Shown in pieces: positions 63,306 through 64,000 of a stretch of DNA of 64,000 bases. The notes under the pieces are model-generated. The model was not told where the DNA came from and did no database searches. It worked only from the letters and a program-made list of their open reading frames with translations. Location: assembly GCA_964016885.1 (NCBI GenBank), contig OZ024755.1, positions 11,222,001 to 11,286,000 on the forward strand, in the 5' to 3' direction. Source of the stretch: Eledone cirrhosa (Eukaryota). The first letter of the stretch is position 1. Each line of letters opens with the position of its first letter. The position numbers and the translations under genes were made by a program.

Positions 63306-63473
63306 AAGTATAGGACAAAATGTAGGACATGATTTAAAACAAATTATTTCTGTGAATGTCATGTTGAAGAGTACAATTTGCTGTCAGAGAAAATTACATT
63401 CCTTTCGCTTTCTTGGCATTCTTTCTAATTCTCCTTATACCCCTTATTAGACTGTAATTTCACATCTCAATTC

Positions 63474-64000
<527 letters not shown>

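Overview
AT-rich, repeat-dense eukaryotic DNA. The repeat landscape (giant TA/CA microsatellites, tRNA-derived SINEs, RTE/CR1/R4/CRE LINE fragments, Penelope-like ends, a poly-C2H2 gene) suggests a coleoid cephalopod such as Octopus; this is inference, not a database result. One well-supported gene: a 4-exon, 485-aa zinc-finger gene on the + strand (51087-56194; 13 C2H2 fingers plus a terminal C2HC finger). Its roughly 70-aa N-terminal region lies on three small exons missed by the ORF track. A weaker candidate for a divergent, spliced minus-strand transcript starts near 50.4 kb. Almost all long ORFs in the track are microsatellite artefacts. The main unannotated signals are: about a dozen type I hammerhead ribozyme motifs in Penelope-like ends, three with a recurrent CCGANGA core variant; five fold-back insertions in (TA)n; twin-priming-type 5' inversions in RTE-type insertions; and repeated use of microsatellites as insertion sites. 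All alignments and folds were done by eye. No rRNA, true tRNA gene or CRISPR array was seen.
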